Source: Pseudomonadota bacterium
GTDB lineage: Bacteria; Pseudomonadota; Alphaproteobacteria; SHVP01
Direction: 5' to 3'
DNA length: 58,519 bases
NCBI GenBank assembly: GCA_022566715.1
Contig: JADFIH010000002.1
Location: forward strand, 1-58,519
This document shows positions 19,065 to 29,051 of this stretch, in pieces. A program made the position numbers and the translations under genes. How positions within the stretch are numbered: position 1 is the stretch's first letter; each line of letters begins with the position of its first letter. The notes below the pieces were generated by a model. The model was not told where the DNA came from, searched no databases, and saw nothing but the letters and a program-made list of their open reading frames with translations.

Positions 19065-20525
19065 ATGAACATCGCCGACTCCCTGACCGGACACGCCGAA
19101 CGGCGGCCCGATCATCCCGCCATCGTCGACGGCGCCCGCACCATCACGTACCGCGAGCTCGATCCGTTGGTCCGCCGCACGGCGGCGCATCTCGGCGCGC
19201 TCGGGGCCGGGCCGGGCGATATCGTCGGCGTTGCGCTGGGGGACAACGCCGATCATCTGGTGCTGCTTTATGCCGTGGCGCGCCTGGGGGCGGCGATCCT
19301 GCCCATGGACGTGCGCTGGACCCAGGCTGAAAAGGCCAAACTGGCGGATTTCTTCAAGGCGCGCTTCGTCATCCGCGAAGCCGGCGATCCTGGTGACGGC
19401 GTTCCGTCGATCGCCGTCGATTCGGCGTGGCGCGATGCGGTCACGCGCGCGGACACGGGGCAGGATTTTCCGAGCGAGGACTCACTGCCCCTCGTCCTAT
19501 CCCTATCGTCGGGAACCACCGGGCGGCCCAAGGGCCCGATGATTACCCACCGTCACATGTTGGCGCGGTTCGAGAATCAACGCGTCACGCTGAAGTTCCG
19601 GGAAGACGACCGTTACCTCAGCGTGACGCCCCTCTACTTCGGCGGCGGGCGGCATTTCACCATGGGGTTTCTGTTCCAAGGCGCGACGGTCGTTTTCTTC
19701 CCGCCGCCCTTCGAGCCGCATGATCTCGTTGCCGCCGCCGGGGCGTACGGCGCGACCGTTACCCTGGTGGTGCCGACGACCCTGCGCCGCCTCCTGCAAC
19801 TTCCCGAACAGGACGCGCCCTTGCTCGGGGACTTGCGGCTCCTTTACACGACGGGCGCCGTGTTGCATCCGGACGAACGCAAGGAGGTGCTGGCGCGCGT
19901 TTCGCCCAACCTGATCAACTACTACGGCTCGACCGAAGGCGGCGGCATTTCCGTGCTGTTGCCGGAGCATGGCGGGGCCGCGGAGACATCCGTTGGCAAG
20001 GCCGTTTCGACGACGGAGATTGAAGTGGTGGACGAGGCGCACGAGCCTGTTGCGGCGGGCGAGACCGGCCGCATTCGTTACCGCGGACCTTGCGTCGCCG
20101 ATGGGTTCCATAACGACCCGGAGGCGAGCGTGGAGAGCTTTCGCGACGGCTGGTTCTACCCGGGCGATCTCGGGCGCCTCGACGGCGCGGGATTCCTCTA
20201 CCTCGTGGGCCGGGCCAAGGACATGATCATCCGCGCCGGGGTCAATATTTACCCGGAGGAGGTGGAGCAGACCCTGCTTACCCATCCGGCGGTGCGCGAT
20301 GCCGCCGTGCTCGGCTGGCCCTCGCCGGACAAGGGAGAAGAGGTGGCGGCCTTCGTCGTGACCTCGCGCGCGGTGAGCGAAGAGGCGCTGCGGGATCACT
20401 GCCGCGCCAGCCTTGCTCCCTACAAAGTTCCGCGGGGCATCTTCTTCGTCGACGACCTGCCCAAGAACGCCATGGGCAAGGTGGTCAAGCCGGACCTCGC
20501 GGCGCGCCTGCCCGATACCTCATAA
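19065..20525 (+). CDS. acyl-CoA synthetase / AMP-dependent ligase (ANL superfamily)
   Basis: AMP-binding motif LSLSSGTTGRPKG, plus YGSTEGG and GDLGRLDGAGFLYLVGRAKDMI. Confidence 0.9.
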   Translation: MNIADSLTGHAERRPDHPAIVDGARTITYRELDPLVRRTAAHLGALGAGPGDIVGVALGDNADHLVLLYAVARLGAAILPMDVRWTQAEKAKLADFFKARFVIREAGDPGDGVPSIAVDSAWRDAVTRADTGQDFPSEDSLPLVLSLSSGTTGRPKGPMITHRHMLARFENQRVTLKFREDDRYLSVTPLYFGGGRHFTMGFLFQGATVVFFPPPFEPHDLVAAAGAYGATVTLVVPTTLRRLLQLPEQDAPLLGDLRLLYTTGAVLHPDERKEVLARVSPNLINYYGSTEGGGISVLLPEHGGAAETSVGKAVSTTEIEVVDEAHEPVAAGETGRIRYRGPCVADGFHNDPEASVESFRDGWFYPGDLGRLDGAGFLYLVGRAKDMIIRAGVNIYPEEVEQTLLTHPAVRDAAVLGWPSPDKGEEVAAFVVTSRAVSEEALRDHCRASLAPYKVPRGIFFVDDLPKNAMGKVVKPDLAARLPDTS

Positions 20526-20543
20526 GACACCTCTTAAGACGTT

Positions 20544-21959
20544 CTAAGCCTCCGCGTCCGCCTTCTCCTTGACGAGTTCCGCGGCGGCGCGTCCGGCAAG
20601 CCGGCCCAAGGTCGTGGCCGTCAGCAGCCCGTTGCCGGAGAGATAGCCCCAGCGCGAGGGGCCGGAGAGCCCGCGCGCCGCGCCGCCGCCCGCGAATAGA
20701 TTGGGCAGGGCCGAGCCGTCCTCACGCAGGACCCGGGCGTGCCGGTCGACGACGAGCCCGCCTTGGGTGTGGAATAACGCGCCGGTGACCCGCACGGCGT
20801 AGTACGGCGGCTCGAGCACGTCGCACGCCGTGAAATCGCGGCCCCACTCGTCTTCGCCGTGGGCATCATGCAGAGCCTCCACATCGGAAAACGTTTTCCG
20901 CAGTGCATCCAACGGCAGCCCGGTGATCCCGGCGACGCCTTCGATGGTCTCCGCCGATTTCATGGCGCCCACCTCCATGCCGTCGCGGTAGTCCTTGAAC
21001 TTGACGCCGATCCGGTGCGCGCCTTCGTCGTAGATGGCCCAGGCCACGTGGCCGGACTGGGCGATCACATCGACGGCCTGCTCGGAATAGCCGCGCGCCT
21101 CGTTGGAAAAGCGCCGGCCCGCCAAATTGACCAGGAAGCCGCCCTCGGTCATGACGCCGTAAAACAGAAGCGTGCCGTGCGGGTGTGTCACCGTGCCGTG
21201 GCCCTGGTAGCTGGCCATGTCCTTGACGGCGGCGCCGAGATCAAGGCCCCACTTGACCGCATCGCCCTTGTTGCCGGCGTGGCCGAAATAGAGGGCGTCC
21301 GCCATCTCGGGGACGAACTCGCGCACCATCTCCGGGTTCCCGCCGTAACCGTTGCAGGCCAGGATCAGCGCCCCGCAGCCGATGTCCTCGGTCCGGCCGT
21401 CGGGCCGGGTGATGCGCGCGCCGCTGACGCGGCCTGTCGCCCGGTCGCCATAGAGGCCGGTGACGTGTGCGCTGGTGGCGATGTCGATGCCGGCCCGGCC
21501 CGCCGCCTCCAGGAGCCCTGCCATGAGCTCGCTGCCGGTGCGGTTGGGGGAGGAGTGCAGGCGGTATTCCGATTGGCCCGGGTACTTGAACTCGGTAATT
21601 AGCATAAGCGGTAAACCCACTGAATCCATGAGCCAATCCACGGTCGGCCCGGACGCCTCGGCGACCCAGCGCGCCATCTCGGGATCGCTCTGGTTCTTGG
21701 CCTTGGCGATCAGATCGGCGGCCAGCCGCTCGGGCGTGTCCTCGATGCCGGCGTCGCGTTGCAGGCGCGTCGTGGCGGCCGGGATCAGGCAGGTGGAGAG
21801 CGTGGACGAGCCGGTCGGCGTCTCGTCGCGTTCCAGCACCATCACCTCGGCGCCGCCTTCCTTGGCCGTGAGCGCGGCGCACAGGCCGCAGGCGCCGGCC
21901 CCGATGACGAGGACGGGAACGGAAACGTCGAAGGCGTGATCGGCGGGCAGGATGGGCAT
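20544..21959 (-). CDS. FAD-binding flavoprotein of the fumarate reductase/succinate dehydrogenase-like (FAD_binding_2) family
   Basis: Dinucleotide fold VLVIGAGACGLCAAL..VMVLERD and C-terminal NLFAGGGAARGLSG. The start is set at ATG 21959 (MPILPADH). Confidence 0.8.
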   Translation of the reverse strand: MPILPADHAFDVSVPVLVIGAGACGLCAALTAKEGGAEVMVLERDETPTGSSTLSTCLIPAATTRLQRDAGIEDTPERLAADLIAKAKNQSDPEMARWVAEASGPTVDWLMDSVGLPLMLITEFKYPGQSEYRLHSSPNRTGSELMAGLLEAAGRAGIDIATSAHVTGLYGDRATGRVSGARITRPDGRTEDIGCGALILACNGYGGNPEMVREFVPEMADALYFGHAGNKGDAVKWGLDLGAAVKDMASYQGHGTVTHPHGTLLFYGVMTEGGFLVNLAGRRFSNEARGYSEQAVDVIAQSGHVAWAIYDEGAHRIGVKFKDYRDGMEVGAMKSAETIEGVAGITGLPLDALRKTFSDVEALHDAHGEDEWGRDFTACDVLEPPYYAVRVTGALFHTQGGLVVDRHARVLREDGSALPNLFAGGGAARGLSGPSRWGYLSGNGLLTATTLGRLAGRAAAELVKEKADAEA

Positions 21960-22327
21960 GGCGTCGGACGGCCTGCAACTAGAGCGTGGGTTACCGAACA
22001 CGGGTCGGTGGCACGGGCGCGGGAAGGCCCAGCAATGCCGAATCTAACGCAATAGGCGGATGCGGCGCTACCACGCGTTGCGCTTTCATCGAGTTTGGTG
22101 CACGCAGCGCCGCCTTTCAGAGTCCGTTCACCCTCTCCCTTAAGCGAATGGAAAGGACGCAGGGCCTATTAGGATAAAAGGAATCGCCGCCTTGGCGCGG
22201 CGGCCGATCGTTTAGCAGACCGCGTGCCCCGTTGTTATGGGGGGCCTTTCGGCCAGTCGGGTACCGGCTCAGTTCACTAGGATCGTTCCATTGGTTCGGT
22301 CCGCTCGTGACGGAGAGGGAACCGGCC

Positions 22328-25300
22328 GTGAGGGTCGAAAAGACACTCTTTATTCTAATTGTGATTCTCTCCGCCGTGGCGTTCGCCGCCGTCGGAACGT
22401 CGATTTCGGTGCTTTACCGTACCTCGTTCGAACAGCAGCGCGCCCGCCTGACGGAGTTCGCCCAAAGCCAGGCGCGCCTCATCGAGGCGATCGCGCGTTT
22501 TGACGCCGAGTTCAGCGTGGATCATGTCGAGGGCGGCGCCGCCGCCGCCACGCTCAGCCAGGTCGCCGAAGCCAGCCGCAACTCCTCGGGCTTTGGTGAA
22601 ACCGGCGAGTATGTACTCGGCAAGCAAGAAGGCGACCTGATCGTCTTTCTTCTGCGGCAACGTCATTCCGGCGACGGAAAACCGGAGTCAATTCCCCTCG
22701 ACGGAGAATTCGCCGAACCCATGCGGCTGGCGCTCCGCGGACTCTCGGGAACGGTCACGGCGGTCGACTATCGTGGCGAAGAGGTCCTGGCGGCCTACGA
22801 ACCGGTCGCGGTGCTCAACATCGCCATTGTGGCGAAGATCGATCTCGCCGAAGTGCGGGCGCCCTTCGTCCGCGCGGGCGCGATCAGCGCGGCGGTTGCA
22901 TTCGCCGCCATCCTCATCGGCGCCCTGTTTTTCCGCGCCGTCGTAAATCCCATCACGCAGCGCATGCGGCGCGTGATGGAGAATCTCGCCGAGGCCCAAA
23001 GCCTAGCCCATGTCGGAAATTGGGAATGGGATATATCGGCGGACAAAAGGACCTGGTCCGAAGAGACCTACCGCATCTTCGGTCAGAAACCAGGGGATTT
23101 GCCCGCGAACTATGAGCGTTTCATCGGGGGTGTGCATCCCGACGACCGCGCTCTGGTCGAGGAGGCCTCCCGGTTGGCCCTCGAGGAGGGAAAGCCCTAT
23201 CGAATTGATCATCGCGTCGTCCGGCCCGATGGCGTCGAACGGATCGTGGAGGAGCGCGGCCGCGCCTTTTTCGACTCCTCGGGCAAGCCCATAAGGCTGG
23301 CGGGAACCATTCAAGACATCACCGAGCGCCGGGCCGCCGGCGAGTCTCTGCGCAAAAGCGAAGAGCTGCGGCGCCAATTCATGGACTCCGCGACCGAGAG
23401 TTTTGTCCTTTATGATTCCGATCTCAACTTTCTCGATATCAACGAGGCCGGCTTGAAGGCCTTGGCCATGCGCCGGGAGGAGGTGATCGGCAAGAACTTG
23501 GCGGATGTTTTGCCGGCCTCGAAGGAGTCGGGACGGTACGAAAAATACCTGTCGGTCCTCGCCACGGGCGAGCCCCTGCACATGGAAGTCATCGACGTTC
23601 ACCCGACGCGCGGAGAACTCGTGAAAGAACTTAAGGTCTTCCAAGTGGGGGACGGTCTGGGAATGATCTCTCAGGATGTGACCGAACGGAAAGCCTTTGA
23701 AGAAGATTTACGCAACGAACGCAATTTCGTCGCATCCGTTCTCGACACGGCCGGCGCCGTCGCCATCGTCGTGAACCGCGAGGGCCGGGTCGTCCGGTTT
23801 AACCGGGCTTGTGAGATCATCACGGGCTACACCGCCGACGAAGTCGTTGGCCGGTACGTCTGGGACACCGTGACCGCCCCCGAACAAGTTGAAGACCTCA
23901 AGACGTTGGTCGCCAACCTCGATCACGAGGACCCGGCGGCCGAGCACAGGTCCGTTTGGATCGCGCGCGACGGTTCGCGCCACATTATTTCGATGGCCAA
24001 CAGCGTCATCCGCAACGAGGCCGGCGAGGCCGAATATATGACGGCGATCGGTGTCGACATTACCGCCCGTACGAAGGCCGAGCAGGCGCTGCAGGTGAGC
24101 AACGAGCGCTTCCGCAGCCTCTACGACAACGGCGTGGCGGGAATCGCCATGTCCGATCTAGAGGGGAGCCTGACGGAGATGAATTCCGCTTGGTGCCAGA
24201 TGCTGGGGTACTCGCGAGAGGAAGCACTTGGCCGCAGGATCATCGATATGATCCATTCGGACGACGTGCCGGCCGCTACGCGTGGCCGCAACCAAGTCTT
24301 GAGCGGTGAGATCGCGAGCTACCGCGACGAACGGCGGTATCTACATAAGGACGGCCACGACGTCTGGACGCTGAGCAGCTTGGCCGGCATTCGGGATGTG
24401 GATGGAAATGTTCAAGCCTTGATTGGGGTCATCCAGGACATCTCCGAAATCAAGGCGGCGGAGGAAGCGTTGCGGCAGAGCGAGGAACGCCTGCGCATGG
24501 TGATCGACAACGCGCCGATCATGATCTGGACAACCGACCGGGACGGCGTTCTTACCATGGTCGAAGGCAGCGCGCGGCCCGTCGTTTCCGGGGAGGCCGA
24601 AACCGTGGGCCGGTCCATGTACGACATTCGCGCACACGATCCGGAGGTCCTCGAAAAACTGCACGGCGCGTTGGGCGGCGAAACACACAGCTACGTTCGG
24701 GATATGAGCGGTCATGGGCTTTTCGAAACCCGCATCGCGCCGCTCCGCGGTCCGGGCGGAGAGGTCATCGGCATCGTTGGCGTGGCCCGCGACGTTGTGG
24801 AGGAATTCCGTGCGAAGCGGGAACTCGAGCTTCTCAACGCCGAGCTCGAAGAGCGTGTCGCCGGGCGCACCCTCGAGCTGGAGAAATCGCGCGACCAGCT
24901 CAAACTCAATGTCGTCCTGCTGCAACAGACCCAGGACCAGCTCGTTCAGTCGGAAAAGTTCGCGTCCCTTGGCGGCCTCGTGGCCGGAGTCGCGCATGAA
25001 ATCAACACGCCCGTGGGCGTCGCTGTCACGGCTGCCTCGCACCTGCGTGACGCCGCGGAAGGTCTGAACGATAATTTTCGCGGGGGCCGGATGAAACGGG
25101 TTCATCTCGAGGATTTTCTCGAGTCGGCCGACGAATCGACAAGGATCATCCTCGGCAATCTATCGCGGGCGTCCGATCTCGTGAAAAGTTTCAAGCAGGT
25201 TGCCGTCGATCAATCGAGTGACGAGCTGCGGCAGTTCAATGTCGCCGAGTACGTTCGCGAGATATTGCTTAGCCTGCGGCCGCAACTGAAAAAGCGGGGC

Positions 25301-25702
25301 CACAATGTCACCCTGGGGTGCGACGAGACTCTTTCCATAAAGAGCTATCCGGGGGCGCTCGCCCAGATCATAACGAACTTTGTACTGAATTCGAATGTTC
25401 ACGCCTACCCCGACGATGAATGCGGCGAGATCGCGATTGAGATCGTGGTGTCGAATGGGCGTTGCGAGCTGACATACACCGACGACGGCCAAGGCATGCC
25501 GAAGGACGTCGTGGCGAAGGTATTCGATCCGTTCTTTACCACTCGCCGCGGCAAAGGCGGCAGCGGGCTGGGTCTGAACATTGTTTACAACCTAGTCACA
25601 CAGAGACTGGGTGGCACTATTAACTGCGCGAGCGAAGTTGGGTTCGGCACCACCTTCGTCGTCGCGTTTCCAGTCACGGAAGGAGCCTGCCATGATGGAT
25701 AG
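22328..25702 (+). CDS. membrane sensor histidine kinase: TM, ~150-aa extracytoplasmic domain, TM, about five PAS-type modules, kinase core
   Basis: The PAS modules are delimited by recurrent D(I/V)TERK / DITARTKAE / DISEIKAAE linkers. H-box LVAGVAHEINTPVG; ATP-lid DDGQGMP and GGSGLGL. The start is tentatively GTG 22328 after GGAGAGGGA; the track ORF starts at 22232. Confidence 0.85.
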   Translation: MRVEKTLFILIVILSAVAFAAVGTSISVLYRTSFEQQRARLTEFAQSQARLIEAIARFDAEFSVDHVEGGAAAATLSQVAEASRNSSGFGETGEYVLGKQEGDLIVFLLRQRHSGDGKPESIPLDGEFAEPMRLALRGLSGTVTAVDYRGEEVLAAYEPVAVLNIAIVAKIDLAEVRAPFVRAGAISAAVAFAAILIGALFFRAVVNPITQRMRRVMENLAEAQSLAHVGNWEWDISADKRTWSEETYRIFGQKPGDLPANYERFIGGVHPDDRALVEEASRLALEEGKPYRIDHRVVRPDGVERIVEERGRAFFDSSGKPIRLAGTIQDITERRAAGESLRKSEELRRQFMDSATESFVLYDSDLNFLDINEAGLKALAMRREEVIGKNLADVLPASKESGRYEKYLSVLATGEPLHMEVIDVHPTRGELVKELKVFQVGDGLGMISQDVTERKAFEEDLRNERNFVASVLDTAGAVAIVVNREGRVVRFNRACEIITGYTADEVVGRYVWDTVTAPEQVEDLKTLVANLDHEDPAAEHRSVWIARDGSRHIISMANSVIRNEAGEAEYMTAIGVDITARTKAEQALQVSNERFRSLYDNGVAGIAMSDLEGSLTEMNSAWCQMLGYSREEALGRRIIDMIHSDDVPAATRGRNQVLSGEIASYRDERRYLHKDGHDVWTLSSLAGIRDVDGNVQALIGVIQDISEIKAAEEALRQSEERLRMVIDNAPIMIWTTDRDGVLTMVEGSARPVVSGEAETVGRSMYDIRAHDPEVLEKLHGALGGETHSYVRDMSGHGLFETRIAPLRGPGGEVIGIVGVARDVVEEFRAKRELELLNAELEERVAGRTLELEKSRDQLKLNVVLLQQTQDQLVQSEKFASLGGLVAGVAHEINTPVGVAVTAASHLRDAAEGLNDNFRGGRMKRVHLEDFLESADESTRIILGNLSRASDLVKSFKQVAVDQSSDELRQFNVAEYVREILLSLRPQLKKRGHNVTLGCDETLSIKSYPGALAQIITNFVLNSNVHAYPDDECGEIAIEIVVSNGRCELTYTDDGQGMPKDVVAKVFDPFFTTRRGKGGSGLGLNIVYNLVTQRLGGTINCASEVGFGTTFVVAFPVTEGACHDG

Positions 25703-27278
25703 GAACGTCTCCGAAGAACCCACCGATGAGATCGTCTTCGCCGAGGAAGATGGAATTGGACCCGTTAACAACGCCATCGCAAAACGCCCCTGGAAGCTCA
25801 TCATCGTGGACGATGAGGAGGAGGTTCACGACGTAACCCGTTTGGCGCTCAACGGCTTCACCTTCGCCGACCGTCCCCTCGAGTTCCTGAGCGCTTTTTC
25901 CGGCGAGGAGGCAAGGAGTGTTCTTGCGGAGCACTCGGACGCGGCGGTCGTGCTGCTCGATGTGGTCATGGAGACCGAACACGCGGGGCTCGATGTCGCC
26001 AAGTATTTGCGTGAGGAACTCCATAACACCTCGATCCGCATTATCCTGCGGACCGGACAGCCAGGCCAGGCCCCAGAGCGCGCCGTCATCACGAATTACG
26101 ATATCAACGATTACAAGGAGAAGACCGAGCTCACGTCGCAAAAGCTCTACACGCTGATGTACGCAGCCCTGCGCTCCTTCCGCGATATCACGGCTCTGGA
26201 GTCGAGCCGGCGCGGCCTGGAGAAGATCATACACGCGTCGTCTCACATCTTCGAGCAGCGCTCGATGGCGCAGTTCAGCCAAGGCGTCTTGGAACAGATC
26301 ACCTCTTTGCTGCACCTGGACGACGGGGCGGCTTATTTGGCCAGTGGCGGCGTGGCCGCCGCGAATGAAGACGGGTGTCTCAACATTCTTGCCGGGACGG
26401 GCGAATTCGCCGGGCTGGTCGGTCAGGACGGGCGGAAGGTGCTGCGGCGGGAGGTTCTAGACCGGGTCGAGGACGCCTTGCGTTCGCGGAAGACGAAGCT
26501 GTCCGACGGACGGTACACCGGTTACTTCTCGACCAACACAGGCGCCGAGAACGTCATCTATGTGTCCGGCGTCAACGAGCAGGGGGATGTCGACCACCGC
26601 TTGGTGGATATCTTCGGCCATAACGTGGGGGTTGCCTTCGACAACATCTACCTGCGGGACGAGCTCGAGGAAACACAAAGGGAGATCGTTTACTGCCTCA
26701 GCGAGGCCGTCGAAACACGGTCCCGGGAAACGGGTTACCATGTGAAGCGGGTGGCGGAATATTCCAAGCTGCTTGCGCTCGGGTACGGCATGTCCGAGGA
26801 AGAGGCTGAAATCGTCAAGCTCGCCGCGCCGCTCCATGATGTGGGCAAGGTCGGCATTCCGGACGCAATCCTCGGTAAGCCAGGAAAACTCACGGCTGAG
26901 GAATGGGAGATCATGAAGACCCACGCGGAGCTTGGCTACGATATGCTCAAGTCATCGAGCCGCCGCATTCTACAGGCCGGCGCGGTCATCGCGAAAGAAC
27001 ACCACGAGAAGTGGGCGGGGGGCGGTTATCCGGAAGGAAAGTCCGGCGAGGACATCCATATCTACGGGCGCATCGTTGCTCTCGCCGACGTCTTCGACGC
27101 CCTGGGCAGCGATCGGTGCTACAAGAAGGCTTGGCCCATGGACGAGATCCTCGACTTGCTGCGCGACGAACGCGGCAAGCACTTCGATCCGAAGCTGGTC
27201 GACATTTTCCTCGATAACCTCGACGAGGTGGAAGCTATTCGTGCCGCCTTCCCGGACGCACCCGCCGTGGCGGCCTAG
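25692..27278 (+). CDS. response regulator with central DUF3369/GAF-like region and HD-GYP phosphodiesterase domain (RpfG family)
   Basis: REC domain: KLIIVDDEEE...VLLDVVME. HD-GYP domain: HDVGKVGIPD ... HHEKWAGGGYPEG. ATG 25692 lies 6 nt after GGAAGGAG and overlaps the kinase 3' end by 11 nt. Confidence 0.85.
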   Translation: MMDRNVSEEPTDEIVFAEEDGIGPVNNAIAKRPWKLIIVDDEEEVHDVTRLALNGFTFADRPLEFLSAFSGEEARSVLAEHSDAAVVLLDVVMETEHAGLDVAKYLREELHNTSIRIILRTGQPGQAPERAVITNYDINDYKEKTELTSQKLYTLMYAALRSFRDITALESSRRGLEKIIHASSHIFEQRSMAQFSQGVLEQITSLLHLDDGAAYLASGGVAAANEDGCLNILAGTGEFAGLVGQDGRKVLRREVLDRVEDALRSRKTKLSDGRYTGYFSTNTGAENVIYVSGVNEQGDVDHRLVDIFGHNVGVAFDNIYLRDELEETQREIVYCLSEAVETRSRETGYHVKRVAEYSKLLALGYGMSEEEAEIVKLAAPLHDVGKVGIPDAILGKPGKLTAEEWEIMKTHAELGYDMLKSSSRRILQAGAVIAKEHHEKWAGGGYPEGKSGEDIHIYGRIVALADVFDALGSDRCYKKAWPMDEILDLLRDERGKHFDPKLVDIFLDNLDEVEAIRAAFPDAPAVAA

Positions 27279-27308
27279 CCGGATCAAGTTTGGTCCGGAC
27301 CACGACGC

Positions 27309-27329
27309 GGTTCCGTCCAGGTCGGAACC
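27309..27329. terminator. hairpin between convergent genes (candidate bidirectional terminator)
   Basis: ggttccg-tccaggt-cggaacc has a 7-bp stem and is followed by atatta. It sits inside a half-copy of the 'ggatcaagtttgg' repeat family. Confidence 0.35.
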
Positions 27330-27332
27330 ATA

Positions 27333-28874
27333 TTAGGAGCGCGGGGTGACGCGGGCGCGGGGAAACCGAACCGAAACAGTGGTGCCCCGGCCCACCTCGC
27401 TTTCGATCGAGAGGTCGCCGCCGTGCAGCCGGGCAAAGGACTGGGCGAGCGGCAACCCAAGTCCCGTTCCTTCCTTCGGGCGCGAGCTCAGATTGCTCGC
27501 TCGGCCGAAGGGCGTCAGCGCCACTTTGATCTCGTCCTCGGACATCCCGAGTCCGGTATCGCTCACCTCGATCAGGTATGATCCGCCGGCATCGATCGAT
27601 GTCCGCACCAAGACGCGTGCATCGGCTGGAGCAAACTTGACCGCATTGGAAAGCAGGTTTGTCAGAATTTGGAGGATCATGCGGCGGTCGGCCGTCAGTG
27701 CCGCTTCCCCCGCGGACAGGTCCGCGCTGAGACTGATCCCCGATTCCTCGGCGCGCGCGCGAACGAGCATGAACGCGCGTTCAACGACTTCGGCGACGTC
27801 TACGGATTCCTCTCTCAACTCGTAACGGCCCGCCTCCAACTTGGAGACATCGAGAATGTCGTTGATCAGCGAGAGAAGGTGCTCCCCACTATCGTAGATG
27901 TCGCGGACGTAGGATCGATACTCCGGGGCGCCCAGCGGCCCCTTGATCTCCTGATCCATGAGTTGTGAAAACCCGAGAATGGCGTTGAGAGGCGTACGCA
28001 GTTCGTGGCTCATGTGGGCGAGGAATTCGGATTTCGCCCGGCTCGCCGATTCCGCGACCGACTTGGCGGCGCGGAGTTCGCGCTCCATCTCCTTGCGCTG
28101 CGTGATGTCCTGGACCACGGCGATCAGGGTCGGGGGACTGTGGTCCTCCACCTCGCTGACCGACAGGCTCAGGACGCATTGCGAGCCGCGGGGGCCGGCC
28201 ATTTCCAATTCGCGAGGTCCAAGCAAGCTTCCGTTGTTGGCGCGCCATTGAAACGGCGCCGCATCGGCGCCGGCGAGTAAGTCCTGTACGTTCACCGTTA
28301 CCGGCCCCTCGTTGGGCAGGGCGAGGATACGGCGGGCCATCGGATTGACCGATTCAATGCGGCCTTCCAGATCGAAGGTGATGACGCCGTCCACGATGTT
28401 GTCGAGAACCGCGCGTAGGTAGCGTTCCCGCGCCCTCAGCCTTTCCGCCGCGATACGCCGTTCCAATGAGAGGTCGTAGTGAGCCAGCGCGGCTTGAACC
28501 CGCTCCAGAAGCATCTCCGGGGCGACGGGCTTTTGCAGGTAGTCGTCGGCGCCCAGCCGGACGGCGCGCGCGGCGCTTTCGACTTCGGCAAACGCCGTCA
28601 TCATGATGCAGACCGTTTCTTCGTGCCGTTCCTTTAGGCGCGGCACAAGGTCCACTCCATTCGAATTGCCCAGGCGCACGTCTAGAAGGGCGACCTGGGG
28701 CCTGAACCTGCGGGCCAAGTCGGTGGCTTCCTTTGGGCCCGCCGCGGCGGCGCAGTCGTGGCCGGCGTGAGAGAGCAAATCGACGAGCGATTCGGCGAAG
28801 TCGGCGTCGTCGTCGACCACGAGCACGCGGCCCGATCTATTCAAACGAGAGTTGTGAGTCGATATGCCGGACAC
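27333..28874 (-). CDS. hybrid REC-PAS-histidine kinase (N-terminal receiver)
   Basis: REC domain: RVLVVDDDADF...ALLDVRLG...K. One PAS module. H-box MSHELRTPLNAILGF; DTGLGMS and GTGLGLP. GTG start. Confidence 0.85.
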   Translation of the reverse strand: MSGISTHNSRLNRSGRVLVVDDDADFAESLVDLLSHAGHDCAAAAGPKEATDLARRFRPQVALLDVRLGNSNGVDLVPRLKERHEETVCIMMTAFAEVESAARAVRLGADDYLQKPVAPEMLLERVQAALAHYDLSLERRIAAERLRARERYLRAVLDNIVDGVITFDLEGRIESVNPMARRILALPNEGPVTVNVQDLLAGADAAPFQWRANNGSLLGPRELEMAGPRGSQCVLSLSVSEVEDHSPPTLIAVVQDITQRKEMERELRAAKSVAESASRAKSEFLAHMSHELRTPLNAILGFSQLMDQEIKGPLGAPEYRSYVRDIYDSGEHLLSLINDILDVSKLEAGRYELREESVDVAEVVERAFMLVRARAEESGISLSADLSAGEAALTADRRMILQILTNLLSNAVKFAPADARVLVRTSIDAGGSYLIEVSDTGLGMSEDEIKVALTPFGRASNLSSRPKEGTGLGLPLAQSFARLHGGDLSIESEVGRGTTVSVRFPRARVTPRS

Positions 28875-29051
28875 CGCGCCCCCCTACCACAGAATCCGCT
28901 CATCGATCTTTGCGGTTTCGAGCATTATTTCAGCGCCAGCCTAAGAAACAATTATGCGCCACACCAACGAAGGGTGACGAACAATCATGGCGGGTAGGCC
29001 TTCGGGCCGCCGCGGCATCGTGGCCGGCTCCGGTGGCGAGAATTCTCCTGC

